Shown in pieces: positions 1 through 11,700 of a DNA stretch of 64,000 bases. Where the stretch lies: positions 47,554,001 through 47,618,000 of the forward strand of contig NC_083235.1 in NCBI RefSeq assembly GCF_032191835.1, given 5' to 3'. The position numbers and the translations under genes were made by a program. The stretch is from Heteronotia binoei (taxonomy: Eukaryota). Every line of letters starts with the position of its first letter. Position 1 is the first letter of the stretch. Below the pieces are notes generated by a model. The model saw only the letters and a list, made by a program, of their open reading frames with translations. It was not told the DNA's origin and did not search any database.

Positions 1-1017
1 ATAAACTCAATCGACTTATCCAGTTTAACATGTACTATCAATATATGCATTGATTACAGTTCAAGAAACAAATTACAGCTTCTAGGCTGGTGGCATTTAA
101 CCTGTCATCTTGTTTCTAAGTGCAAGTGGTTTTGACAAGTTCTTACATAAGTTTGATTTGGGAGAAAAAAAAACAAGAGTTTGAAAACATGGACTGACAT
201 TCCTGTTGGAAGAACATCCATATACCTCTAATTTAGATATGGTCTAACTCAGATATGTAACCCAATACATATCAGGTGGGACTCAATTCTCATCAAGTTT
301 TGCCATGTCAAGGCTTAGATCTTGGATTCTCACAAGTCTCACACATTTCCACAAGGGATATGGGAGCACTGATTCCCTAAAACTTGGGAAATTCATCTTC
401 GGGAGCACAAAATGCCACCACCCTGGAAAAGCAGTGCAAGGTATCATAAGATTCTTTCTCCGTAGCCTAGAACAAACATTTGCAACACAAAGGCCAACCT
501 ATCCATATTGCTTTTCCTATATTAACAAATGCTGTCCTTGCCATTCTCTTTTGTTTCAAAGTTTTTTTATTTTAAGTAACACAGAAATAAAGAAAATAGT
601 AAATAAGAAATAGATCTCTCTTTCTCTCTCTCTATATATACACACACATACATACACATCTCCCCCTCTACAATTACAATTTCAAAGCAGCTCATACCTA
701 AAACTAACTTCACTTATTATCATAATATTACAGATCAAGTCCAGTCTATTAATTAAGTCCATTAATTTCTCTTAAACACCATTATTTCCTTGATTCTATT
801 ATCATTATAATAATTTTTTCTGCCATTACATCAATGGCTGACCTTGCCATTCTCAAGGAGAAGTTATTATTCTGCAGAGTAATTTGCATTATGGAAAGTC
901 TGACTTTTTAAAAATCTACCAATGTCCACCCCACCCTTCTGAACCTTATGGTTAATGTAACTGTATTAACATACCACAGCAAAATATTGTTAGTGTCACA
1001 CACACTGAGGCAAATAC

Positions 1018-1098
1018 CTGGTGCTTGAATGGGAGGCTGAGAAAAACAGGCTGTGAGTGCTTCAGAAGCACCAGCAGAAAGGGAGGGAACAGCAGGGA
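1018..1098 (-). CDS. Candidate NACA alternative cassette exon (81 nt, phase 1-1): VPAVPSLSAGASEALTACFSQPPIQAP
   Basis: Branch-like tctaat plus gctcttgatcatttag acceptor; donor CCAG|gtattt; open frame compatible with the phase-1 end of NACA exon 2; Pro/Ala/Ser-rich. Confidence 0.45.
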
Positions 1099-1384
1099 CT
1101 AAATGATCAAGAGCAATACATTAGAGCAGACCAACGGTACAAGGAATAGTACATCTCGAAGGACCTATTCTTTTGGCTTGATCAAAGCAACAAGTTAGGT
1201 CTACTGAAAGCTGCAGGTGCTGAATTAATCACATCTAAATGGGACCTGAATTAAAATAAAGTTGCTAAGGGAAGATACAATCTATACTATGGATTTCCTA
1301 CTGCAAAAACAGATGGTCTGAGGCTTGGCAATGAGCAACTGGCATGCGAGTGCTCACCAAAACTTATGATCGAAGTAGAACAAA

Positions 1385-1452
1385 GTCTGAATTCAGAGGC
1401 ACCTTTAAGACCAACAAAGTTTAATTCTGGGTATAAGCTTTTGTGTGCATCA
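1385..1452. mobile_element. Short fragment resembling Penelope-like element ends
   Basis: ggcacctttaagaccaacaaag...aagcttttgtgtgcat resembles a common reptile repeat; family assigned from memory. Confidence 0.35.
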
Positions 1453-1947
1453 CTTCCCTATAATGCTCTGTCAAAGCCTTAAAAGGCATCTTTATCAGTC
1501 ATAAATAAAAGAGACAGCGAGTGAGAAGAGATGCACTTTGGAATGTCTGCAATCTGCTCCAACGAACATCAACATTAAAATAAAACCAGAGGCACGCTAC
1601 TCTACACAGGCTCATACGACAAAGAGCCAAGTACTTGTCTCACTGATTTTGGATGCTTAGGACAAGAAGCTTCCTATCACATGCAGTTAAAACAGGGTGA
1701 AATCTTGGAACCTTGCTTTTTGAAATTATAACAATGTTGAGAGTCACACTTTACTTTGTGATTGCCTTTGTAAGTTGGCAGAAAACTTTTCTGTAAGATG
1801 AGGTTTCCAGACCAACATGAGAAAAAAAAAATCAGAGGGGACTGAACATCCTACAGTTCTGTTTATCTGAAATAACAGCTGAGTGAAGGCTCTTGCTAGC
1901 CTCAACAAGTGCACTACTTCACTGCAGGACTGGGCCAACCTCCAGAA

Positions 1948-2085
1948 ACTTGGAAGCTAAGCAGGCTCGGCTCTGGTTAGTATTTGGATGGGAAACCAAA
2001 GAATACCAGGGTCACTACGCAGAGGTGGGCAATGGCAAACCACCTCTGCACGTCTGCCTTGAAAACCCTCAAGGTCAGCATAAGA
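1948..2085 (+). mobile_element. 5S rRNA-derived SINE fragment
   Basis: ggaagctaagcagg...ctggttagtatttggatggga matches the 5S A/IE/C box region and continues into a ggcaatggcaaaccacc tail. Confidence 0.75.
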
Positions 2086-2879
2086 CATTTGTGAACTGAG
2101 AGCAAAAAGAAACTGAAGAAAGATAATGTAAGTACTAAAGTGAACAAATGTTCAGACTGCACTAATCTCGTTTGCCTTAGGGAAAAACAAGGGCACCCTG
2201 CAATCTATGAAAAAAAAACCCATATCTATTCCATCTCGAAATATCATTTTGTTCTTCAAACTGTCCAGCAGGAATTCTGGATGGTTTCAAAAATAATTTT
2301 ATAGTCAGATGATTAGCTTCTCATCATGATTGACCCATTTATGAATATACCACTGAACAGCTCATCCTTATGGATTCTGCCTATTTCCACTGAGCAGACT
2401 AGGACTATCTGAGTGGAGTGGCTGCATAGAAATGTTTTAAAGAAAATATGATTAAAGAAATGAAAAATACTTATGCTGCAAATCCAGCAAAGAATATTCA
2501 GTCTTTGGACCAGCTGTGCTTAGTTATCCATGTTTTGTACATATCCATCTCATTTTTACCCACCCTTCCTCCAGAGTGGTCAGGACAGCACAAACTCTCC
2601 CCTTCATTTTAGCCTCCCAAACTTATGAGTGACTGCCCCAAGATCACTTTAACAAACTTCATGAATATGTGGAGGTTTGCTGGGTTTCTCTGGTTCTAAT
2701 CACTTTAGCCACACTGGTTCTTGTGACTTTTTTTCCAGAGACCTTCCATCTATCAAGACCTCACTTTAGGCTGAGCTGGTATTTTGGGTGTGTTCAATCA
2801 TTCTAAACCTTATATATTTCATTTTAAAATAGAATACAGTGATTCCAAATTCAGCCTGCTATTTTCACGTGAAACCTAC

Positions 2880-3026
2880 CTGATGGCTCCAGAGTCGTCT
2901 CAGACTGAGAACCCTTACCTGCCACCTCATGATTCTTGGTGGCAACTTGTCTGGACTCCTCAGTTGCCAGCTTCACTTCCACGCGAGTTCCAGGAACTGG
3001 GAGTGGAGTTACTGCAATAGTGCCAA
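2880..3026 (-). CDS. Candidate NACA alternative exon with two in-frame acceptors (3026, 3011) and two in-frame donors (2919, 2880)
   Basis: Frame VGTIAVTPLPVPGTRVEVKLATEESRQVATKNHEVA/GKGSQSETTLEPS. Donors CAG|gtaagg and CAG|gtaggt are both phase 1. Acceptors lack a good polypyrimidine tract. Confidence 0.35.
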
Positions 3027-6000
3027 CTGTTCAAATACCACCCAGCAGTCCTAACAGTTCTTACATGCTCATGAGTTGGCTAGAAATCCAAGAAAAGCAA
3101 CAATCCAACAAAGAGGAAAGGTGTGAGTTATCCTCAGTAGCCCAGGTACAATGGCACCAGGCCTAACAAAGTAATCCCTCATATGCAAAGCATAAGAACG
3201 TTCTTCTATTCTGGATGGAATATGACAACATGAGTTATCTTGTTTAGTGACCACTGTGAAGTGGTATCATGCTAACAGCCAGACTTTAATAACACATTTG
3301 CCTAAGGGCCTGTTCTCATATGTTTCAGCCTCTGGCACTCAGATACATGTGATGCTGTCACATTACATAAAGCAAACTTACCAGGGGATAGCACAGCTGG
3401 AAGTAGAACCGAAGCCACCCCAGGACATGTAGCTTGTCATGTTAGGCACTGGTACCCCTGGGACAGAAACCTATGCCTATGGCAAGAGAGGAAGACTCAC
3501 ACCCTACGTTAAATATCAGATTATGGCAAACATGACAAGGTGCAAATGCACTCAGCAGTCTGTATTAGAAGACAGTGTACTAGTGCAATTCTCCTCCTCC
3601 ATATAATGCCCAGGCTTTGTCTGTGTGGCTCTAGCAGAGCTGCTGTGCCCTGCCTTTGTCTCTTCTTCTGTTTAAGAAAGAGGCAGAGGGAATGTTGAAC
3701 TGGGGCAAAGCAAGTCTATTCACTGTGGCCTACTAATCTCACTGCACGTTCATTGTAATGCACCAACAGATAGTGCAGGGATGCCTACATAGGCACTTGC
3801 TGTTACCACTCCTCATCAAGACAACAGAAGTATTGGAACAATGCCCTGAGATAACATTTTACCAGAGCAGTAGAAAAATAAAAACCAGTTCAGACTTTCC
3901 TTATATTTGAAATGCCAGACAGGATCTTGCTGTCCTCAATATGAATAAGCAGACATTGTTGCTTGTCTGAAGGAATCCCTGAAATGCTCTATGCAATGCC
4001 ACTTCAACAACCAACAAAGATCTGTAAGTTCTCTCTGTCTCTGAGTCTAACTCACATTTTCCTTGGCAAGAAATCAGTACATTTAGTAGACATGCAGCGA
4101 GCAGCATCCCCATTTACAACTGTATGTAAGAAACACCCAGTAACAGTCATGCAACATTCCCCCAAGCCACAATGTAGAAGTGTAGCAAGCAGGGAGGCTG
4201 GGTCTTCTGTTATCTGCACTGCATCATCCATGTTCTCTTCAAGACAGACATTTGGGAAACATAATATATACAACATTTGAGAGTTAATGCCCCATGTAAA
4301 AGCATGCATGTGAACACAACAAAATGTTTCTAAAGCTACACCAGCTCACAATTCTAAATCATTACAAATGCCACTTATAGGAGCAGCATATTGATCAGCT
4401 GTGAGTTATGGCTAAGTGCAGGCTGCTTGGTGAAGGCCAGCTCACGTAGCACTGGAGTCATGTGGTTAGATGCTCGTTAGAGAAAAAACACTGCTTGAAA
4501 TTTAATCAGTTTCAAAGAAGCTGATTAAATGAAAGCTCCAGGTCTGGGATATGACTAATCTGCAACTTTGTGTGTGGCTTCAGAGATAAGACAACAGAAA
4601 AACTGGTTAACTAGAGCAGCACATCCTCTCTTAAACAGTGGCCAAGAGCAACAAAGTAATTATGGATGTTGTATTCTAGACCAGAATTCCACAATATGAT
4701 GCCTGTGGGAGCCATGGAGCCTACCAAACAGCACTATGTACTGTCGTGGGCAAGCCCAGGTGGAGCTTTTGCTCAGCAAGCTTCTGATCAACCACTGGAG
4801 TTCTGATGGTGCAGATTTTTCAAAAGTTGCTTGTGCTGCCACCATAACACAAGGATCTTCACTGGATAACTGAAGATGAGTTGTGTGTATGCAAGAAAAT
4901 TTTAAACAAAATATTCATTTTAAAATGCATCTGGTTAAATGGTGGTTTTGCCTGAACTGTTGAAGAGTTATTCATAGAACTGTGCATGACCTCACTCCCT
5001 GAGATTTTGTAACTGGCTCCACCTTTTGTGGCAACTATTTTATAGCTGGCTCTGCCTCTTTGTTGCAGTCATTTTACAGCTGCTGACACCATCTGGTGTC
5101 AGAATTCCAAAGGTGCATACAGGCTCAAAAAGGCTGAGGACTTCTCTTCCAAATGCCTGCAATTCCTGGTTGCCAAACAGATTTTTACACATCACAACAT
5201 CATATCCTTTGATTCTTATCAAACCCTTTCTCTCTCCTCACTTGAGTAATTCTCACAGACACTATAAAGGAGAAAAGGTAGACAGAAAATGCTTCTAAAA
5301 ACCATTGACCTTACTTGCAGCAACCTATCACATCACTGAAATCGTATTTAGAGGTATTCCTGAACAAGCGGCAACTTTTAAAAGTCAACAGCACAGATAA
5401 TTTCAACTTCTTTCCCATTACTTATCAAACCACGTTAATAATTTTCACACTCTGAACATTTAACTACTAGTAACATGGGGAAATGATTGCAAGAACTTGT
5501 GTGGACATGCTTTAAGACAAAAACAGCTCCATCCCCCAAAAATCCTCTAAAGCTGTTAAACTAGTATCTAGCACTTTACTTGGGTTACAGCACTCAAGAC
5601 CCACATTCTGATATTTTGTTAATCACAGCAAATCAGCACACTCATAAGAAACAGTGTAATCAGTACTTAAGCATAGGATGCTCTAAAATCTATACAACAA
5701 AGCTGGCTAGCAGCATTCAGTCAACTTGTGATTCACTCTAAGCATGTTCCAGAGACCCTGCAACTCATCCAACATCACATATATCATTTAGTAATATTTA
5801 CAACTGCCCTATGAGGCAGATCGATATTCCAGATGAAATGCCAAAAGCATGAGCGTGACATTCCTAATGCCACTTAGGAAGTTCACCAACAAGAGATGGA
5901 ATCTAAATCAGGGACATCCTAGTTCGCATAATAGCATCTCAGCCATGGCAGCTCTCATTAGTCGCATGTTCTAACGCCCTCCACCTCCACAAATGCTTTT

Positions 6001-6073
6001 ATCTGTTTAGTTCATCTGGCTGACAGGACAAGTTTCAGGATCCTGTCTGAAAAGGCATAACTCCAAAATACTA

Positions 6074-6175
<102 letters not shown>

Positions 6176-6976
6176 TCACTTTCATATAGTGTGGTCAGTG
6201 TAGAAAGACATGCCCTGGGTATCTGACAAAAATATCTTCTTTACAATCAAAATATCAGGCATATTACAAGAGTTTAATGACTTCCTACAGCATGCTTTTT
6301 CTAACTTCCAGGCATAATTTGCTTAAAGCAGCCAATCTGAAATAATCTTTATATGCACGCTCAACTGGAAATTTTATACATTGAGAAGTTGTCAGCTGTA
6401 TTAAGTTTTCAAGCCTCTGCTAAACTGACAGAATAGTGCTATTGTGGTAACCATGATGGATTAGAACTGGGGAGGCCCAAGTTCAAAACCCCATTTGCCA
6501 TGATACTGGATGCCAATCATCCTTTTTCAGCCTAACCTAGTGCACAGAGTTTGTTATGAGGACAAAATGGACAGAGGAAACACCCTGTAAACTGCACTAA
6601 ACGAAAGACATTTAACACTGACGTAACAGCAAAAGTGATCTGATTGCAAATGGGGCACTATATGTAAGCAGCATGAATTGGATTATCACTCAAAACAAGA
6701 AAAAACTCAAGGCATGTCTCAGAGAGGAACGATTTATTAACTGCTATTAGCCATTCTAGATGGAAAACAATAAGAAAGGAATGCTGTCTTTCCATGGTGC
6801 TCCTAAGCATTTCCAGAAGTATCTGGAGGGCTACTTTTGAAACAAAGTAAAACAGGTTGTCATTTTGTACTTAATATAACTTAGCACAAGCTTCCATGGC
6901 AGAGCTGACTTCATCAGAGTGTACATCCATGTACATGTTACAAAAGCAGACCAAATTAAAACAAGATCTATTAGAA

Positions 6977-7112
6977 CAGGGGTGGCCAACGGTAGCTCTC
7001 CAGATGTTTTTTGCCTACAACTCCCATCAGCCCCAGCCAGCATGGCCGATGGCTGGGGCTGATGGGAGTTGCAGGCAAAAAAAATCTGGAGAGCTACCGT
7101 TGGCCACCCCTG
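6977..7112. mobile_element. hAT-type MITE, near-perfect 136-bp hairpin, 8-bp TSD tattagaa
   Basis: Ends CAGGGGTGGCCAAC...GTTGGCCACCCCTG; TSD at 6969-6976 and 7113-7120. Confidence 0.9.
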
Positions 7113-7860
7113 TATTAGAAGACTAAGTAGTTCAGTGACAGTAAAGGAAAACCATTCTGCATTGTTGACAGCCAGTGCAAATCAATACAGAATGGCTAGA
7201 TTTGAGTTAAGTAGCAACCTCAGAGACCAACAAGATCAGACAAAAGGAGCTTTGAATCTTTAAAGTTTATACCAAAACTATCCTGTGGGTCACAAATCTA
7301 GCTGTTTTACTGCTGACCAATATGGCTACCCTCTAAAACTGGAAGCACAATGTTGGCATGGTTGGACCCAACTGCAATACAGCAATATTCTTCTCATATT
7401 CATCTACTGCAACATAGCCACAATGCTATCTATTTACCCAAAGCTATGACACACCAGAAAGAAATTTCCCACATACTCTCATAGATCTCAACTTATCCAT
7501 TCCTGGAAAGGACAAACTTTTACTTCATGCTACTCTAATAGTGGGGCAGGATACACAGCAAAAACTTTTGACCCCATCTTTCTAAGCACCATTTTACAAT
7601 ACAGCCATCATTGCCACCCTCTCTCTTCCTTTACAAACCCAGACTACTTAGAATTCTGGTCATCAAATACATTTCACATAAGGCAACTTTGAGAGCACAG
7701 GGACTCGTAGAAGACACTTCCAACAACTTGACAAGTTAGGCTGCCTAACAAGCCACCTTCATGTTCCATCTTTTGTCATATTAACAATTATGGGGAAAGG
7801 ACAACAACCTGCGCAGTGGGCTGGATATGGCCCAGGGATTCCCAGGTGCTAACTCCTCCA

Positions 7861-8070
7861 TATGGTTGCCAACTCCAAATTAGGAGTCTGGGGAGGATGG
7901 TGTTTGGGGTGGGACAGAACCTCAGCAGGGTATAATGCCAGTGTCCAACTAGGCCAACATTCTGTATCCCCTCCAAAGCAGCCATTTTTCCAGGAAGACT
8001 CGGTACCTGTAGCCTGGTGAGCAGTTTCAATTCTGGGAGATCTCCATGCCCATCGGGAACTCTACCCCTA
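7861..8070. mobile_element. Degenerate hAT MITE of the TAGGGTTGCCA family
   Basis: Body similar to the copies at 34942 and 53472; ends decayed. Confidence 0.6.
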
Positions 8071-8159
8071 AACTAGAAGTAAGGAAGTAGACGCCCTTCT
8101 ACACGCTACAAGGGCGCTCACGCTTACACAATCCAATCTGGAGAGTCACTTAGGAGCAG

Positions 8160-8720
8160 ACATCCCCTCCGTTTTCTCTACTGCGTTCCGAAACGAACAC
8201 CTCCCCCCCCCCAATCCCAGCGCCCCGCCCACTCCCACACTCTTGTCGTTATCCCACTTGAACCAACGGCTTCTTTCTCGAAGGCCCCACCACCCCAAGG
8301 CTGGTGATTCGTGCGGCCTACCATAGGAGCTGTCACAGGCTCCCGAGGCCCCGCCTCAACCCCTCCCGCCCACGACGCATCCCCGCGAAAGGCCCAAACC
8401 CTCCCCAGCTTCGGCGGCTTTCTAGTGGGTTGGTAGGACCACGTCCCGAAGCAGATGACAGCGGATAGAAACTGCAACACTCACTGAAGAAGACGAGCCG
8501 GGCGCAAGATGGCGGCAGAAAGAGAGCGAGAAAGGCAGGGAGGGCAACTTCCGGGCCAAGCCAGGAGGGCTTCCGGGTTCAACGCGCAACACTTGCAACC
8601 GGCTTTCCTGGCCGAGATAGTTCCGGCGTCTTTTTCTCCTGTTTTCTGAACGCAAGTCATTCTCTGCCGGTAGGTTCCCCCTCCCCCGAGCAACAGGACA
8701 AGCAATTGCCAGTGCCGAAT
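8160..8720 (-). promoter_or_regulatory. CpG-island promoter of NACA with YY1 and ETS/GABP-like motifs
   Basis: CpG-dense. AAGATGGCGG (YY1) at 8506-8515; ACTTCCGG, GCTTCCGG and GTTCCGG motifs at about 8547, 8569 and 8620; no TATA box evident. Confidence 0.8.
8485..8526 (-). other. NACA: NACA non-coding exon 1 with 5' oligopyrimidine (TOP-like) start
   Basis: Minus strand ctctctttctgccgccatcttg resembles the mammalian NACA 5' end. Donor ttca|gtgagt at 8485/8484. TSS position approximate. Confidence 0.85.
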
Positions 8721-11700
8721 CAGGTGTCGTAAGGGGGAAGAATAAATACGAGGACCCAGAAGAAGTAAAGCATTGCTGGTAGCCAGGGCGACCGTTTAGA
8801 AAATATCATCATCAGAACCTGGTAAACATCTTGAGCAAGTGTTGGATTCGCACAGCACTGTTCTTAAGTAACCTAACCACCACCACCCCAGACCCACAAT
8901 ATATGTAAAGCGTCATGTACAATATAACAATAAAGTGGGGAAGAAGAAAAATAATTAGGGCTTGGAATTACTACTAAACGACACAAGAACGTAAAGAGGT
9001 GCTTTGCTGGATCAGACCAGTGGCCCTTCTCGTACAGCGGGATGGTGTAAAAGCCAGAACAAGTATTAAAATTATTAATAATAACGCAAGAAGCGGTGGG
9101 ATGCGTTAAAGAAAACAATACATTAAGGACACATGAGAACAGTCTTTTAGATATGAAAATACTGAAAGGTCATGCTTTTAGTAACCCTTTCCCAGCCAAA
9201 ATTGCTATGGAATAGCCTGGAGTGGGCGATAACAATACTGCAAAAACAAACAAAAAAAAAACAGTGGGATGTGTTAGAAGTTTGAGAACAATATTTGAGA
9301 AATGAAAACTTTTAAGTGTTATGCTTTTATTAAGCCTTACCCAACCAAGGTAATGTGCATGGTGAACAAGACAGTTCCACACACACCGCCTCATAGAAAA
9401 ACAAACTGAAATTGCAAAATTTCTAAACAAAGTACAGAAAGGGGAGGGGCATGGTATTCTAATACAAGAATTTTCTTTCCCAGTGGAAGTGTGTCAGCAG
9501 ATGCTGGCACTGAGAATCCAACTAAACATACCTCCCACCTGCCCGCTGCATCTATGATTTGTGTATATCATAATCAGATGTTTTAAATTGCCTTTTGGAT
9601 TGCATGGATAATAGAATCATGGAACTGTGATGCCATTCATTCTGCTTATCCTATATTTTTGGTTATATTTTTACTGTCCGAAAAAGGCAACGCAACACAT
9701 TTTTTGAGCATTTAAGGCTTATTGTGTCACTTATTAATTTTTGGAACTTTGCACAGCCAAGAATTCAAAATTTACCTTAAAAATACTGCTTGCAGTGGAC
9801 AGTACAACATGAAATAGCAGCACTGTAATTCTGAGGGCAGCCTGGGCAGGCATGCCAGCATAATCAGAGCCCCACTAGCCTGTTCCCTATGAATATTTCA
9901 TAGGAAGAAACAACAAGGCACCCCTGTCAGGTGCAGATGGCATAGGAACCACAGCACAGTGGCGTTGAGCACCCCAGCAATGGGACAACAGGAACACTGG
10001 AACGCCTGCAAGCTGGGGGAGGGGGGTCTGCTTCTCTGTGGCTGTCGGGCAAAGGGCTGATAGGTGCTGGTCCGCGGCAACGCTGGCTCTCCTTGGTCAT
10101 GTGGGTCCCAGGCTCTGATTTCTATTTCTGAGTTTAATTAAAGGTGCTAGTTATTACCTTTTGTGAGGGGGAGGAGGGAGAAATTTGGGCTTTGCTGTTT
10201 TATTTTTGGTTTCAACTGAAAATGTTTTAAACTATTTAAGCTGCCTTGAACTACAAGGAAAGGCATGATATAAATGTTTTAATAAATATAAAATAAAGAC
10301 TTGTGTAGCCCTGATATAGGGCAAGTAAAACCCCACCCCATCTGGCAGTTTCAGGCCAGGAAAGAGGTGCACAGATAGAAAGCAGAATCTGAATCAGGCC
10401 TCTGTGATGCTTGGAAACTTAGCTCTCAGCAGCTGTCATCTGACTCATGCAACCCAAAAAACAAAAGCAGAAACAAGTATGAAATCAGCAAAACAACTGT
10501 GTACACAAATATTTGTGGTATCATTGGTCAAATGAATCCCATCTCCCATTTTAGAAACAAAGATGAAGTGATACCTCATAGGGTCTTTTAATCAGTCCTT
10601 CCTGGTGTCTTGCATTTGTGATTTTCTGGAAGTGTGCAGATGGCCAAGGGGTGTTTGATAACATATTCTTGCTAGAGAAAAGGGCTTTGTGATATGCAAT
10701 GTGCTTAGTAAGGAATTAGATGCTAATTCACACATGTTAAGGCAGGTTCCATGACTAGAGTTAGTGCAAATCTATATGGCACTTTGTGCATGTTCTAGTG
10801 CAAATCTGAATCTACATTCTACAGAAGCCCAAAGACCAAGAAAGTTAAAAGATGGCAGAGGGCAGAGCAAAAATGAATCTCAGTAGGATTCACTCTCAGC
10901 TGGCAGCCATTAATGATAAAATAATGAGGCAAGAACAGGAGTATGGGACAACTGATTCCTCCACTGAGAAAAATGTTCCCCATGCTAGTTCAAGCACTTT
11001 TATTGTGCTGATTCAAACTCACAGGAAACAACAAACACCCTGTCAGTTTAAAAAAATGGTGCCACAACTGTTTTCAATAGCCTAACAGATTCTGTAGAAT
11101 TCATTCCACTGAATCCTGCTGTTCTGGTTTGTGACCCACCATGTTTATTAATAGTCACCACAAAAGAGGACACCTAAATTGTTCCAGTGGCCATCTGTGA
11201 CTGAATTTCAGCAGAGGTATGCATGCATGCATGGGGAGGGGGGACTATACATGCACTCAAGATTCTGTGGTTAAAAAACCATTGCTCTAGCATACTCCCA
11301 ATCAACTTGTGCTTTGCTGAGCCAAATGCATTGCATGAACTAGGTCCCCTGCCAAGGGCTTTGTAGCTGCCTTGCTTCTGCAATCCCTGACAAATAGCAA
11401 AACCATGTCCAGCAAGCCACTGGTGGACTATGTTTGGCTTCATGGGTCATGTGTCCTGCAGAACCACTCCAGATGATTTCTGTGTACTAAAAATGCTAGA
11501 ATGGCTTGTGTAGATTTAGAATTTATTCCCAGTGGGAATTAATTCCAAGTACGCAGGCTTACTCTATTAACTCCGGCCTTCCTCAAAAAAAATTTTTGCC
11601 ACTGTGTGACACAGAGTGTTGGACTGGATGGGCCATTGGCCTGATCTAACATGGCTTCTCTTATGTTCTTATGTAGCACTCAACAGCTGTGTAAACAAAT

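Noticed and set aside
1948-2085. 5S rRNA gene (also 14931-15100)
   Set aside because: Diverged from 5S and fused to a SINE tail without a 5S 3' end or T-run terminator.
3718-3853. Two-hairpin structure ending in ACA-NNN on the NACA sense strand, resembling an H/ACA snoRNA
   Set aside because: The hinge reads AUGUAG and lacks the ANANNA H box; no snoRNA recognised. An Infernal/Rfam scan would settle it.
4723-4871. Open minus-strand frame LSSEDPCVMVAAQ... ending at a TTG|gtaggc donor in NACA intron 2
   Set aside because: The best acceptor gives the wrong phase for NACA exon 2, and the composition is not skNAC-like.
8422-8655. Arg-rich ORF across the NACA promoter
   Set aside because: Explained by GC-rich promoter composition; it overlaps exon 1 and runs through its donor.
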